Positions 1 to 11,740 of a DNA stretch of 44,431 nucleotides are shown here, in pieces. Numbering within the stretch: position 1 is the stretch's first letter; each line of letters opens with the position of its first letter. The position numbers and the translations under genes are program-made. The notes beneath the pieces were generated by a model that saw only the letters and a program-made list of their open reading frames with translations, was not told the origin of the DNA and searched no databases. Source of the DNA: Octopus bimaculoides (taxonomy: Eukaryota); the NCBI RefSeq assembly GCF_001194135.2, contig NC_068985.1:70960975-71005405 (forward strand), written 5' to 3'.

Positions 1-1354
1 ATATATATATATATATATACATACATATGCATGTGTGTGTGTTTACAACGCACGAAAACAGCCTGCTGATAACAATGGCTGTCTCTCAGTCCCTAAACTC
101 TCTGTTGTCTTTCTTCCGTTTGAGAAGAGGAATTTTGTCCCGAAATATTATATGATCATTACACAACTTATGAAAGTTAATACGAGATCTCTTTTCCTTG
201 TTTTCATTTATTGACATCGCTGTACTTACTTTACCGAACTCCTGATCTGCATTGCACAAATGTTTTTCAAATATTTATCTCATTTACAAATATTGCGATG
301 CATTAAGCAAATTACAATGCGCTTTTACACTTATGTGCATATACGTGAGTCTGTCTGTATGTATCTATGCCTCGATGTGTATGAGTGTTTGATTGCTTTT
401 TTGTCTATGTGTATACTTATATGTGTGTGTACACATCTGATGAAACAGTGATCCGACTATGAAATGGAGAATAGATTAGATAATATAATCATAGTCATAT
501 AATGTCCTTGAAGAAAGATAAAATTAAAAAAGAAAGACATGTTGATCCATTCTGGAATTCGTCGATCGGAACTGATATGAGGGTAAACAGCAGAAATAAC
601 TGAAGATACAATCATATTTGTGTTGGCAATACCAATTTTTATCCTTAGATTATATTACTGTATAAATGCACTTTATTACAAAAATTATTAGATCGAGAAT
701 ACTCCAGATAAGTTTTGCCTGAAGAAGTCACAATCGTTATAGCTAATACAATCAATCATACAACACATATAGCACTCTATCCATTGCCAGCACTTTGAAC
801 TACGTTTCAGTATGTATAGTGAACTATAAAATGGAGTTATTATAAGCGATACTAAAAGCTGCGAACATGAAAAGTTTAACAACACTATATTGAAACATAA
901 ACAAAATTAAACTTCAATGTACACACAGTAGTACAAGATTTTATCTCGAGAAAATTATAGTCTTTGATTATAGCATTAATAGTTGCAATAGCGTTGGGTT
1001 TGTAGCTATGACATTAAGGTCAAACTGGTTAAATTAAATATTGTTTGATATCAATCTTAAGAGAAAAACTTATTTAAAAAAATAGAATATGTTAAAATAA
1101 TGAGGAATTCCATTTGACCCGAAAGATTGAAAAATTGCTATTATATTTTCCTTGAGTTCTCTCATGCATACACTCTTGCAATAGCTATTAATATCGGTTG
1201 AGGAAATTCTGAAAGATGACCTATTTACATATATTGTTTGTTTGTTTGTTTGTTTTCGCTTTTGCTTTTATTCACAAAACAGAAAGCATTATCGTCCATT
1301 CAAAGAGAAGTAGATTCGCGTTTTGCGTGCAAATACCCTCATAAATACATAAAC

Positions 1355-1449
1355 ATACACTCACACACAAATATGTATGTATGTATGAGTGTGCATTCGT
1401 ATATATATACATATACACACACATATACACACAGACATAAATATATATC

Positions 1450-1489
<40 letters not shown>

Positions 1490-1680
1490 CTTATGTGTGT
1501 GTGTGTGTGTGTGTGTGTTAGTGTACATATACATAGGCACGCACATCACATATGTATGTATATACATGGGCGTCTGTAAATATACACACTCACACATACA
1601 CACATAAATGTGTGTGTGTGCGTATGTGAGCGTGTGCATGTGTGTGTCTGTGTATCTGAGTGTGTGTCTGTGTCTGTTTG
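1355..1680. repeat. Compound (TA)n/(TG)n/(CA)n microsatellite tract
   Basis: Direct dinucleotide runs; explains the [12 protein letters not shown] ORFs in the track. Confidence 0.95.
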
Positions 1681-1809
1681 CTCACATATGTATATACAAA
1701 AAAGTAAGGTGTGATTAGAGAGGGATCTAGTCTGTCATATCCATGATCACAAACGCTCGAAGACAATTATATATTTGCATATATGAAAACACAATGATGC
1801 TTTCAAAAA

Positions 1810-1842
1810 TGTATGTGTGTGTGTGTGTGTGTATCTATCTAG

Positions 1843-1886
<44 letters not shown>

Positions 1887-1935
1887 CTAGATAGATACAC
1901 ACACACAGATATACATATATAATACATATATATGC
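1810..1935. repeat. (TG)n-(TA)n microsatellite
   Basis: Visible dinucleotide runs. Confidence 0.95.
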
Positions 1936-2169
1936 ATATACTCTCCAGACGTTGAATGAAATACATAGGCATATGCATACATCCAACCAAAACAAACAGT
2001 AGCATATCCATACACATACAGGCAGTCACAGTACAATTACGGACACAATAGTATACGTAAAAGTGCACTGAGATCCATTCATATAAATATCCAATCTTTC
2101 ACTTGTATAGACGCATATAGAAACAAACATGTATGTGAATATGGTATGTGCGCAGTCATTCATATATAT

Positions 2170-2533
2170 CGTGGCACTCCGTCGGTTACGATGACGGGGG
2201 TTCCAGTTGATCCGATCAACGGAACAGTCTACTCGTGAAATTAGCGTGTAAGTGGCTGAGCACTCCACAGACACGTGTACCCGTGACGTAGTTCTTGGGG
2301 AGACTCAGCATGACACAGTGTGTGAGACAAGGCTGGCTACAACAGAAACAGGAAGAACGAGTGAGAGAATATTGTGGTGAAAGAGTACAAGAGGATTCGC
2401 TACCACCCCCTGCTAGAGCCTCGTGGAACTTTAGGTGTTTTCGCTCAATAAATACTCACAACGCCCGGTCTGGGAATCGAAAACGCGATCCCACGACCGC
2501 AAGTCCGCTACCCTAACCACTGGGCCATTACAC
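2170..2533 (-). mobile_element. tRNA-derived SINE, family A (~360 bp), near full length
   Basis: Minus strand begins GTGTAATGGCCCAGTGGTTAGG (A-box-like TGGCCCAGTGG) then TTTTCGATTCCC (B-box-like); body is homologous to 18014-18350. Confidence 0.8.
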
Positions 2534-2564
2534 AGGATATTAACACCCGGTGTTAATATCCTGT
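2532..2564. repeat. Perfect 16-bp inverted repeat with 1-nt spacer
   Basis: ACAGGATATTAACACC-C-GGTGTTAATATCCTGT. Confidence 0.95.
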
Positions 2565-2855
2565 TGTTTGTATTTGTGTAACATTCTCCGTTTTTTCCGC
2601 CCTTGTTTTCGTATACATTCGCTACTTACTTCCAAGGAATCTAGTGCTCTTAGCTTAGTTTTTCCTTGGGGCTGGCCAGATTGGAGCAATCTCGAGTATA
2701 ACCAACCGAAATAGCAAAGATAATCTGGAACTCGCCTGAGGAGAGAAAGCTCCGAATGACTCGTTCTTGTTTTCTTTGTATCGTCTGTCTGGATGTTTTG
2801 CTGTCCCTTTTAAGTATCACCTGTCTTGATGTTTTGCGTTCTTGTCACTTTTTTG
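2565..2855 (+). mobile_element. Possible Penelope-like terminal-repeat remnant
   Basis: Non-coding T-rich segment with CTGAGGAGAGAAAGCTCCGAA (partial hammerhead-like core) directly after a palindromic junction; family assignment is inference. Confidence 0.25.
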
Positions 2856-3435
2856 TATTTTATATGTATATATATATATATCATTTATATTACTCACAGA
2901 TACATATTATACAGCTTTTGAGTACCGTCTGATATTGAGACAGTATCTGTTAAGTGCAGGAGCAAAAGTAACTACATAAGCATGTGCTCAAAAAGGAAGT
3001 AAATTATGCCTACAGGTTGTTTGTAAACTTCTGTAAATCCCTCAAAAAACATGCTTCCTGATGATCTCACATGTGAAACCAGAAGTGCAGGATACTTATT
3101 GCTGTATGTATACAAATTGTCTTACAATACCAGTGAGGGAGTCTCAAGGGAGACTCTATTTCTGAATAGTTATACTCTTTATTATCTTGTAAAATCAGTT
3201 ATCATACCTGCTAAAACAATTAGGTGTTCAAAGGTATGAGTGCTCAACATTTGAAAATATACCTCATATTTCTAACTGAAACTATACGGATCAAGTTTTC
3301 TCCATGTCAGTAAGAAATTGAACCCTAACGATCAATAATCAATCGAATCTAAACGTGAATTAATTATATACATAAACGACAGAAGCAGTATTAAAACCAA
3401 GTAGTTTTTATCCCCCACTTAATCGTGGATGTTCT

Positions 3436-3655
3436 GTTAGAAGAAATTATACAAAGGTAGACATGAGAGAAATTCTCATATTTATCAAGCGTCCCTCATT
3501 GATAAGACCAAGTTTGAAATCGCGTGATCTCTTGGTCACGGCGTTAGAGGTGGCAGGGGTTTATCTCCCCGTTAGCGATGTAACAAGAGTGCATTTTGTA
3601 CCAAAAGCCAGTATGAGAGTTTCTCACATGGTATCTACTGTAATATAGTTCTAAC
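3436..3655. mobile_element. Decayed MITE-like element with imperfect ~45 bp terminal inverted repeats
   Basis: GTTAGAA...GTAGACATGAGAGAAATTCTCATA (3436-3480) inverts to TATGAGAGTTTCTCACATG...TCTAC...TTCTAAC (3612-3655). Confidence 0.4.
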
Positions 3656-4062
3656 ACAACATTTTTTCAAACAGAGCATACACGTTTAAGTGAGGATAAA
3701 TATTACCTCTATGAAGTAAATATGGTAACTGGAAAGAAATTGCATCCTACTGAGAAATGCTAAAATTAAGAGCAACAAATGTCCTAGTCAAGATCGCTTT
3801 TACATGTGTGATAGCTGCATAGATTGTCTTGGTCAATCCTCTGCATTCCTGGTCACATTCATGTGCCTTGCCGCTTGTCTAGGAAGTTATGAACAGAGAG
3901 GAGGCCAGTTGTTCCATATTGGTGTTGTTTAAGAAGTTCCGCTGGGATGAAATCTTGATCATCTTCGAAGCTAAAAAGGACAAACACGATCTTTAACTCC
4001 AGCACCGATCCTACAGACTATAACCAAAGGTGTTCCAGTTGTGATCATCACGACTGTATATA

Positions 4063-4511
4063 CAAGGGGAGGTAATTTGCTTTTACTAATCAGGTATTAT
4101 TAATGATACGAGGAGCCCGACAATATCGTTTGCAAATTCTTGTTTTTAATTAGATTTTTTTACTGTGCACACTCGTTAGGGATAGGGTTGGATTTAGGGT
4201 TGGTTTTAGGGTTAGGGTTAGTGTTAGGGTTAGTGTTAGGCTTAGGGTTGGTTTTAGGGTTAGGGTTAGTTTTAGGTTTAGGTGGTGTACACTCGCTTTA
4301 CCTTCGCACATTTTATGATGTTGTGGCATACGACAAAAATAATTATAAGACAATAAAGTAAATATGTTTAAGACGTATGCAAGTTTTGTTATTTTTATTT
4401 TTGTCTTCAGACCACAGGGAAAATAAATTATAGAACATATAACTCAGTGCCTATTTGGCCCCTCGTATCATTAATAATACCTGATTGGTAAAAGCAAATT
4501 ACCTCTTCTTG
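4063..4511. mobile_element. MITE, 449 bp, ~55 bp TIRs, TA target duplication
   Basis: TA-CAAGGGGAGGTAATTTGCTTTTACTAATCAGGTATTATTAATGATACGAGG ... CCTCGTATCATTAATAATACCTGATTGGTAAAAGCAAATTACCTCTTCTTG-TA. Confidence 0.9.
4176..4282 (+). repeat. Degenerate telomeric-type (TTAGGG)n array inside the MITE
   Basis: TTAGGG, TTAGTG, TTAGGC and TTGGTT variants in tandem. Confidence 0.85.
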
Positions 4512-4844
4512 TATAGTCTGACATGTTTATTTATATTTGCGAGCGAACGTTTTCCGTTAGTTTTATTTTTTAGTATAAAATATTTGAAAATTAATGAATC
4601 TTTCTAATTTTTTGCTGACATCATTTATTTTGTATATATTTTCCATTTTCATAACTTTTTTTTAACTGCATTTCATTTTCTTGGAGTGGTGAGTTTCTAA
4701 AGGAGCGGCCAACATTACTTCAATGGTCTGTTTAGAGATCTTTAAAATTAAACAATAGCTATGGGAGATAACTCTAATAACAACCTAAGGAAGTTTTGAA
4801 AAATAAAGACGATGCAAAAGGGAATGAGTGGAATCTGTCTTTAA

Positions 4845-4935
4845 AGTGGACTACATTATCCAATGCGTTTTCCCTTTTTCTAAGACTATGGAGTATTGTT
4901 TAGAAGAGATTTGACTGCTATTTCTAGCAGATTAA
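4845..4935 (-). mobile_element. Old interspersed repeat fragment (family D); related pieces at ~5608-5665, ~6062-6145 and ~7185-7262 on +
   Basis: Shared motifs GCTAGAAATAGCAGYCAAA and TTGGATAATGTAGTCC recur in the four places. Confidence 0.55.
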
Positions 4936-5254
4936 GGAACTTATAGAATAACCCAGTCATTATAATATCTGTACATAAAACGCACGGTCTTTGTTTCAGG
5001 AATCTCCCGCAGTTAGCAGCACGGATTCTCATCCATCAAGAAATTCAAATGCTTGGTTCATGGTTCCGCTTCAAGAATTCCACTTTGAATAGCAGATTCA
5101 TCATTCAATGTAGGTTTTAAAGGAAAACCCTGGAGTGATCGACGTTTCACTTTATTCTGTTTCTGCCACTGTTGTATTTCTAGTTTCTTTTTGTGTGAAT
5201 GTGTTTATGTCTGTACATGCATGTGTTTATGCATGTGTATGCACATTTACCACT

Positions 5255-5575
5255 AGTTGCTGCTACTGTCACTTGAAAGTGATAATAGCAACATCAATGT
5301 GGACGCAGTGAACATCATATCCGACATCATTATCATTGTTGTCAGAAGCATCATCATCGTCAACGACATCGTCATCATAATATCACTGTCTTCAAAACCA
5401 TCAGCATCACCACCACCACCACCACCACCACCATCATTGCCACCATCATTGTTGTCATACAGCAACATCGTTCTCATCACAATCATTCTCATAACCTCGA
5501 TTTTCAACTTCATCAATATTCTCACCAACATCTTCATCACCACCATCCATAACAACAACAGCAATATCAATAACC
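5255..5575. repeat. Decayed (CAT)/(CAC)/(AAC) trinucleotide low-complexity tract
   Basis: CATCAT/CACCAC runs; gives the poly-I/poly-P/poly-M ORFs. Confidence 0.85.
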
Positions 5576-8500
5576 GAACTTAGGGTGAACATTTACACAG
5601 TCACCGGAGCTGCTAGAAATAACAGCCAAACTTCTCGAATTTCTTCCTTATAATGTAGCCGTAGGTGCACAGTGATTGGGGTGGCGAAAGACGGGATGGT
5701 CACCGCTGGAATGCGCTTTGATTATAAGTTTGCCTAATCTGAGTTAAACTGGGCTCAAACAAGAACAGCATTTCCAAACTAATCAACAACAATAACAGCA
5801 GCAACAACCTGCCAAAATTCTTCACGTAGCTTACATTTGTTCTCTTCACTGTTCTTTCAGCTACATCTTGCTGTCCTCTTCGTCATTTCTCTTTATCTGT
5901 CTTGTATCATCTAATTGTCCTCACTACGATCATCCCCCATATCTCAGATATTTTGTTGTATTTTCTCTATGTAGACTGATAAAGTCATGTTACACACTGC
6001 ACGTAAATATATACATCTTCAGAAATTGTCAGCGTATACATAAGTAATGGTAGCTTTACTTGTCAAAGATAGCAACCAAATCTCCTTCAAATTACACCTT
6101 ACAATCTTGAAGAGGGAGGAACATATCGGATTTAGTTATCTTAGGTATACAATTTCCAAATAAATGACGGCATGCTTATGACTGGAACACATTTGATCAT
6201 GTTAGAGCAGACTGTACAAAACAGCATCCTCAGTATAGAATTTCTGTCAAAGATAGTAACAACAATAAATAAATAAATAAATAAATAAATAATGAGAGAA
6301 TAAAAAGATAGCTCGTGAAACATTGGATTTCTGAATTGTTGAGAATGAAATTGAAACCACGGTCCAAAGTAACAGAAACTGCTCTAATGTTTCTTATCAA
6401 GATTTTATACCATATAAAGAATTTTTATTTAGTGACCCACGCCTAATTCTTTCTATTGTCGGTGTGTTATCATTTTCTTTTGATCTGAACTCTTAAACTC
6501 TAAACCATCAAAGAAAATCAATAGTGAAAAATCAAAGTTATATCTAATTTTACTTTGTTCTTCCTCAGTCATCTGCACATTTTGATATCTAAAGCTTCTG
6601 TAATTTGCAGAAATCGTACAAATGATGTTCACTGTTAATATTACCAACAGTATCGAAGTTGTCTAAGATGTGATGTCTAAAAACATTTCCTAACTAATCA
6701 AATGTCAATGAGAGGGAAAATGTGTACCGACAGATTTGAAAGCTAAATAATGAACACTTTTGGAGTGAAACATAAACTACTTCACATAGAATAAAGTAAA
6801 TGATGTTGGTTCAGAAACAAACAATTGTATTTAAGATAAAAATAACAATTTCTTTTGACTCTACATTATGTTGGTTTAAACTAGAGAGATGCAAGTAATA
6901 AATTTCAGACGAACTCTAGACATATTAATGTATTGATATCAGTAAACCTGGTGAAATGAATGGCGAAATTTGGCACTAAATAAATTTGTACACTAAAACA
7001 TAAGTAGAAAAATATATATACAGCTCAATATTTACTTAATTCAGTACATTACACTTTGTACATTATACTGTCTCCAATATAAGATAAAAAAAATTGTTGA
7101 GATGGAAAAATCAAGAGAACTGCGGACAGTCCTGCAAAATCACCCCAGTAGTCAACAAGACTGGCTCGATGAGAGTCACTCGAATTGCAGCCAAATATTC
7201 CTGAAATTTCATCTTCTCATTTTAAAACAAAAACGACAAATTGGATAATGTAGTCCGAGATGCATTCCGACTCAGACCATCACGTCTTTTTTTAGAGATT
7301 ATATCCAACACTAATTCGTACAGTGTGTGCGATTTTAAGTCAGTAGGGTGCAATTTGACAGACATCCATTTTTACTAGGTCGATCGACTATATAAGGGTG
7401 GAATAGCGGATATCATAGTTAAATTACCCCCATAATGTGTGGTTATGAATAGGAATAACCTTTATAGTGTCAACAAGAATATGAAACTGTTTTGATCAAA
7501 TCTCCTTATTTGGTAGTAAATTTGGTAAATTGCAAAGACATAACCACTTACAACAGATAATTACTGTATAAATGAGAAAAGTGAATTACAATACAAGGGT
7601 TTTCTTCGCGTTTGACAGCGCGATTTTCATTTTTCCAAACTCTGTTCTACTCTCACAAACAACAGTTCTAGTTTCCTCACCCCTTTGGTCTTTCGATGGT
7701 TTGCCAAAGAAAGGAAAGATTTTATATAGACATGAAATATTGGTTTCAAATTTTGACTCAAGGCCTGCCATTTCAAGGAAGTGGATAAGTCGATTACATT
7801 GGATCAGTACTCAATTAATACTTATTTTATTGATCCCCTAAAGGATGACAGGCAAAGTCACATTTTGTGTGAGTTGGAAGTGATTATGTAATGTTTTATA
7901 TAAAAATCAGGTGAAGGTTTGAATTTAGTTAAACACTTCAACCATCTTCACTCTACGCATTACAGTAAGGGTTAATGTTGATTACGAACGGAAAAGTCTT
8001 CCTCTTCATTTGTACATCACAAAATACTGGATAAGAATTTTGCGCCCTATGTTTTACATTAAACACAAACTGTACCGTGCATCTAGATCTTCAATGAAAA
8101 TGCGTATATAGATTTATATTTAATGGCTGGAGGAGAGGAAGAAATGATCTCATGTTTGTAAGAAAAACGCTTTAAACTTCATCGGCAAACCTGGGTGTCT
8201 TTGCCCGTAACGCGGAGGAGAGAAAATCAATAAGGACAGGGGCCTGATGGCCGCTGTCAGTTCGTACCGGTCGCTGTCGAGACGTGAGGTATTTTCAGAC
8301 TCTGTACTACTGATTTCCTCTGCAAAACGTGGTTAACGGCAGCCAGTCGGAGAAATGAGCCCTACGAGTTGAAATGGCTGCTGCAGTGAACGTCGCTGGC
8401 CATTCTCCTCGATTACACTATCGCAGTCACCACCGCGGAGCGCGGCACACCAATGATTTCAATGACTGTCTTGTGGTCATACTGAAGCACCCACATTGAA

Positions 8501-8834
8501 CAGATTTCAGTTAATAATTATCGAACTCTGTACTTACTTTAAATTTTGCACCTGCTTTGTCGACTGGTTAATTTTTTTGCATAAGAGTACCTGAATGTTT
8601 GTTCCAAAGAAATTTCAAAGAAAATTGGATGTATCGACTGATTTAAAATCGAAAAGTTTTTTATGTAAGTAATGAAATTCAGTAAATAAAATTAATAGCG
8701 ACATAAATACACACGCAAGCATTCACGTGCGCGAGCGCACACACACAGACACACACGCGTGCACACACTACGTGACGTAAACATTCCTATATAAAATCAA
8801 CAGTAACTGTTTGATAATTTGCTGTATTTATGCC

Positions 8835-8945
8835 ATCATCGCCACTACCACCTGTGCGATCATCATCATCATCGCCATCCTCATCACCATCACCGTCGTC
8901 GTCGTCATCATCATCATCATCATCATCATCATCAGTATCATCATA
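8835..8945. repeat. (CAT)n/(CGT)n microsatellite
   Basis: Visible trinucleotide runs. Confidence 0.9.
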
Positions 8946-9039
8946 ATCTGTAAAGCAAAACTAAATAACAGTAATATGGAAAGCCAATAACAGAGATTTC
9001 ATTATGAATATTAATCGAAAAAAAATAATCTATCATTTC

Positions 9040-9129
<90 letters not shown>

Positions 9130-9186
9130 AATAATAATAACAACAACAACAGCAGCAGCAGTAACAACAATAAAAACAACAATAAC
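9040..9186. repeat. Compound (AAT)n-(GAT)n-(AAT)n-(AAC)n-(AGC)n microsatellite
   Basis: Visible runs. Confidence 0.95.
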
Positions 9187-9501
9187 TATCTTTTCATTAT
9201 CCTGATGCTGACAGTATTAAAATCAGTATCAAATATAAAAAGCAAACAAAATGGGAGCTGGTTGTGGCGGCGGTGGAGAAATGTTAGCAAATCAAGAAAT
9301 AATCTAATAAATTTAATTCTCTAAACAATTAATGATTTGGGTGGAAAATTAAAGAAACGAGTGAGAATTAGATAAGGGAGGTAATTAAAAGGTGTTTCTG
9401 TTTATCTTCTTTTATTCAGAAATCTATTCAATTATTACTAGGTTAATTATAAATGTCTGTATGTATGACTACTAACTTGACGATAATGATAACTCTATCA
9501 G

Positions 9502-10130
9502 AAGGCAGTGAGCTGGCAGAATGCTTAGCTGTATTTCGTTCCAGCTTTACGTTCTGAGATCAAATTCCGCTGAGGCCGATTTTGCTTTTCATCCTTTCGG
9601 GGTCGATGAAATAAATATCAGTTATGCATTGGGTCCAATATAATCGACTAGCCCCCTCCCCCACAAGTTCAGGCCATGTGCCCGTAGTAGAAAGAATTAT
9701 TATTATTATTATTATTATTAATATCATTAATTTATGCTGTGAGCTAGTAGAATCGTTGAAGGCTGGGAAAAATTCTTAGTGGCATTTCCTCCGTCTTTAC
9801 GTTCTGAGATCAAATTCCGCTGAAGTCGACTTTGTTCTTCATTCTCTCGGTATCGATAAAATAGTTACCAGTTGAACACTTGAGTTGATGTAATTGACTT
9901 AGTCACTCACCCTATAGTGCTGGCATTGTGCTAAAATTTAAAACCAATATTATTATTAACTGTAGACAGCGAGCTAGCAGAATCGTTTGCACGCCGGACA
10001 TAATGATTAGCGACATTTCTTCCAACTTTACGTTCTGAGTTCAAATGCCGCCAAAGTCGATTTTACCTGTATACCTCCTGCGAAATTACTGGCCTTGCTA
10101 CTTAGGTAGTAAAGATTGTTATTATTATTA
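9502..10130 (+). mobile_element. Three tandem tRNA-derived SINEs of family B (~9502-9697, ~9737-9950, ~9964-10113), each ending in (ATT)n
   Basis: Each has GAGCTRGCAGAA (A-box region), GTTCTGAGWTCAAAT (B-box region) and a GTCGAYTTT central motif, followed by an ATT tail. Confidence 0.85.
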
Positions 10131-10309
10131 TTATCACCTAAATATCAAATGGTTGAATCTTTTAAGCATAGGACAAAACGTGTTACAGTAATTAGATACG
10201 GCTCTTTATGCTGTTATTTCAAATCCATCGTACCAATGTGGATAAAACAAAGTGCCAATCAAGTACTTGGGTCGGTGGTAGAGACTAACCTTTCTCCTTA
10301 ATATTGCAA

Positions 10310-10640
10310 TACTTTCACAAACACTAACAGTGTTAGTCACACTTTCTACCTTCTTCCCACACATTCTGCAGAAGTCGTTGCACTTGTGTGGTATACATCC
10401 CTTTTCACTGAATTGGTATTCAATGCCTGGTCCTCGGCAGTGATGATTGGGCTTCCAGTCTTCGTTGTAAAGTCATCCTTGCTAATGTTAGTACCAAGCA
10501 CCCGTTACCTCGTATCCATACTTCCGGCCAGTGAAGGTTTTGTCGTGTCTCGGCTTGCACTCTTTCTGCGCAAGACATTCACAAGCACTAACGGTGTTCG
10601 TTATACTTTCTACGTTCATGATGCTTCCTGGTCTTTAAGT
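10310..10640 (-). pseudogene. R4/Dong-type LINE remnant in two permuted fragments (RT C-terminus and CCHC knuckle)
   Basis: Minus-strand translation gives VESITNTVSACECLAQKECKPRHDK, then TKTGSPIITAEDQALNTNSVKRDVYH...(frameshift)...FCRMCGKKVESVTNTVSVCES; matches the knuckle region of the copy at 11741-12688. Confidence 0.75.
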
Positions 10641-10687
10641 TACTTTCATAATGGAATTGACCATGTGATCTCATGCGGAGAATATCA

Positions 10688-11708
10688 TTACCTCCGCCTT
10701 ATCGAAGTGGAGATATCGTTTTCAGTCGTGTTTATGTGTTTGTTAGTCCGTTGATAAGATGTCTCACGTACTACCGGATGGATTCAGATGAAATTTTCAG
10801 GGATATTTGGCCTCATGACTGGCACGAACTGATTAACTTTTGGGATCGATCCGGTACCGGACAAGGATTCTGGATTATTTGTTATATTTATTTTACTTTA
10901 CATGAAACATTACGATCTTACGTTGACTTTCAAGTCTTTCTCCGATTATCTCCTTTGAAAGCACGCTTATGGTTTCCACGTAAGTTATGGCGGCGTTGCT
11001 GTTTCCAAAGTTTTATGTTCGTTTCTTTATTATTAATTTTACTCGCGTCTTTATCTTAACTGATGAATAAAGAAATCAAACTACATCAACAAACGGCAGA
11101 AAAACCGTTCAGAAGTTAAATAACAAAAATATATTCAGTAACAATAATAAATTTAACTTATCCGCGACAATTTTTAATTTTGAATATGTCGCTCCTGTTT
11201 AAAACCTCTTACCTATTTGACAATTTCATTTCTGGCTCTACCTTGAAGGAAGCTTTACTTCTTGGGTTCACGTTTTTATGCGCAACGATGTTGTTAAACC
11301 TCTGTTAACAGCACCGTTGGCAGGTCCTTTCCGTTTTGTTTCACTCACGGATAAATTCTTCACTATAGACCTTAATGGGCGTAAATACACTATATCAGTG
11401 GAAAGACTAAGACTATCCCTGCTCCCACTGCAGACGACACACACACAGCATTACAAACACGGTCTGCACACCCACCTTCACATTCCATGACTACCATTGG
11501 GATCGATCAGTTACCGGACAAAGATTCTGAATTATTTTTCCGGTTTTTCAACTTAATTTTGAAGCGGTCCGGTTCATTTTTAGCATTCTCGTTTGTGAGA
11601 GCAGTCGAGTTTATTTCAGATATTCTCATTTTAAAATCATCTCCAGCTAATCATTGAAAGGACGTTGGTGTTGCCTTAGCGGAGGTTTGCGCTCTCTGAG
11701 TGCTCTCC
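10688..11708 (+). mobile_element. Non-autonomous DINE-1/Helentron-like element (HINE-like), copy A
   Basis: 5' TTACCTCCGCCTT-loop-AAGTGGAGATA hairpin; GTTT-rich tract; 3' sub-TIR AGCGGAGGT plus small hairpin GCGCTC-TCT-GAGTGC; arms homologous to 41193-42149. Confidence 0.65.
11269..11418 (+). pseudogene. Ty3/Gypsy integrase C-terminal GPY/F-module fragment
   Basis: HVFMRNDVVKPLLTAPLAGPFRFVSLTDKFFTIDLNGRKYTISVERLR resembles the Gypsy pattern HVFVRxD..PL..PYxGPF.V...DK.FT...NG....VS.DRLK. Confidence 0.75.

Positions 11709-11740
<32 letters not shown>
11709..11740. repeat. (TTA)n array between the HINE 3' end and the Dong 3' end
   Basis: Visible run. Confidence 0.95.

Noticed and set aside
118-152. 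TGAGAAGAGGAATTTTGTCCCGAAA hammerhead-like trace
   Set aside because: Core lacks CUGA; too degenerate to call.
1238-1639. ORFs rich in YI/CV/TH/MYVC here and throughout (19046-19548, 26607-26982, 28338-29526, 30901-31767, 36570-37299, 38454-39499)
   Set aside because: Translations of di- and tetranucleotide microsatellites; not genes.
2750-2785. CTGAGGAGAGAAAGCTCCGAAT as a functional hammerhead
   Set aside because: GAAA is GAAT, the stem II register is imperfect and no stem I partner is found; kept only as a weak hint.
3057-3095. CTGATGATCTCACATGTGAAACC hammerhead-like core
   Set aside because: Stem II cannot close next to the core, and stems I/III are unsupported.
4176-4282. True telomere or chromosome-fusion scar
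   Set aside because: Short, degenerate, single orientation and enclosed by MITE TIRs.
5253-5583. 105-108 aa ORFs with poly-P/G/I/M
   Set aside because: Decayed CAT/CAC triplet tract with no domain signature.
9502-9600. tRNA genes at SINE heads (families A, B, C)
   Set aside because: A/B-box-like motifs continue into SINE bodies and tails, with no complete cloverleaf.
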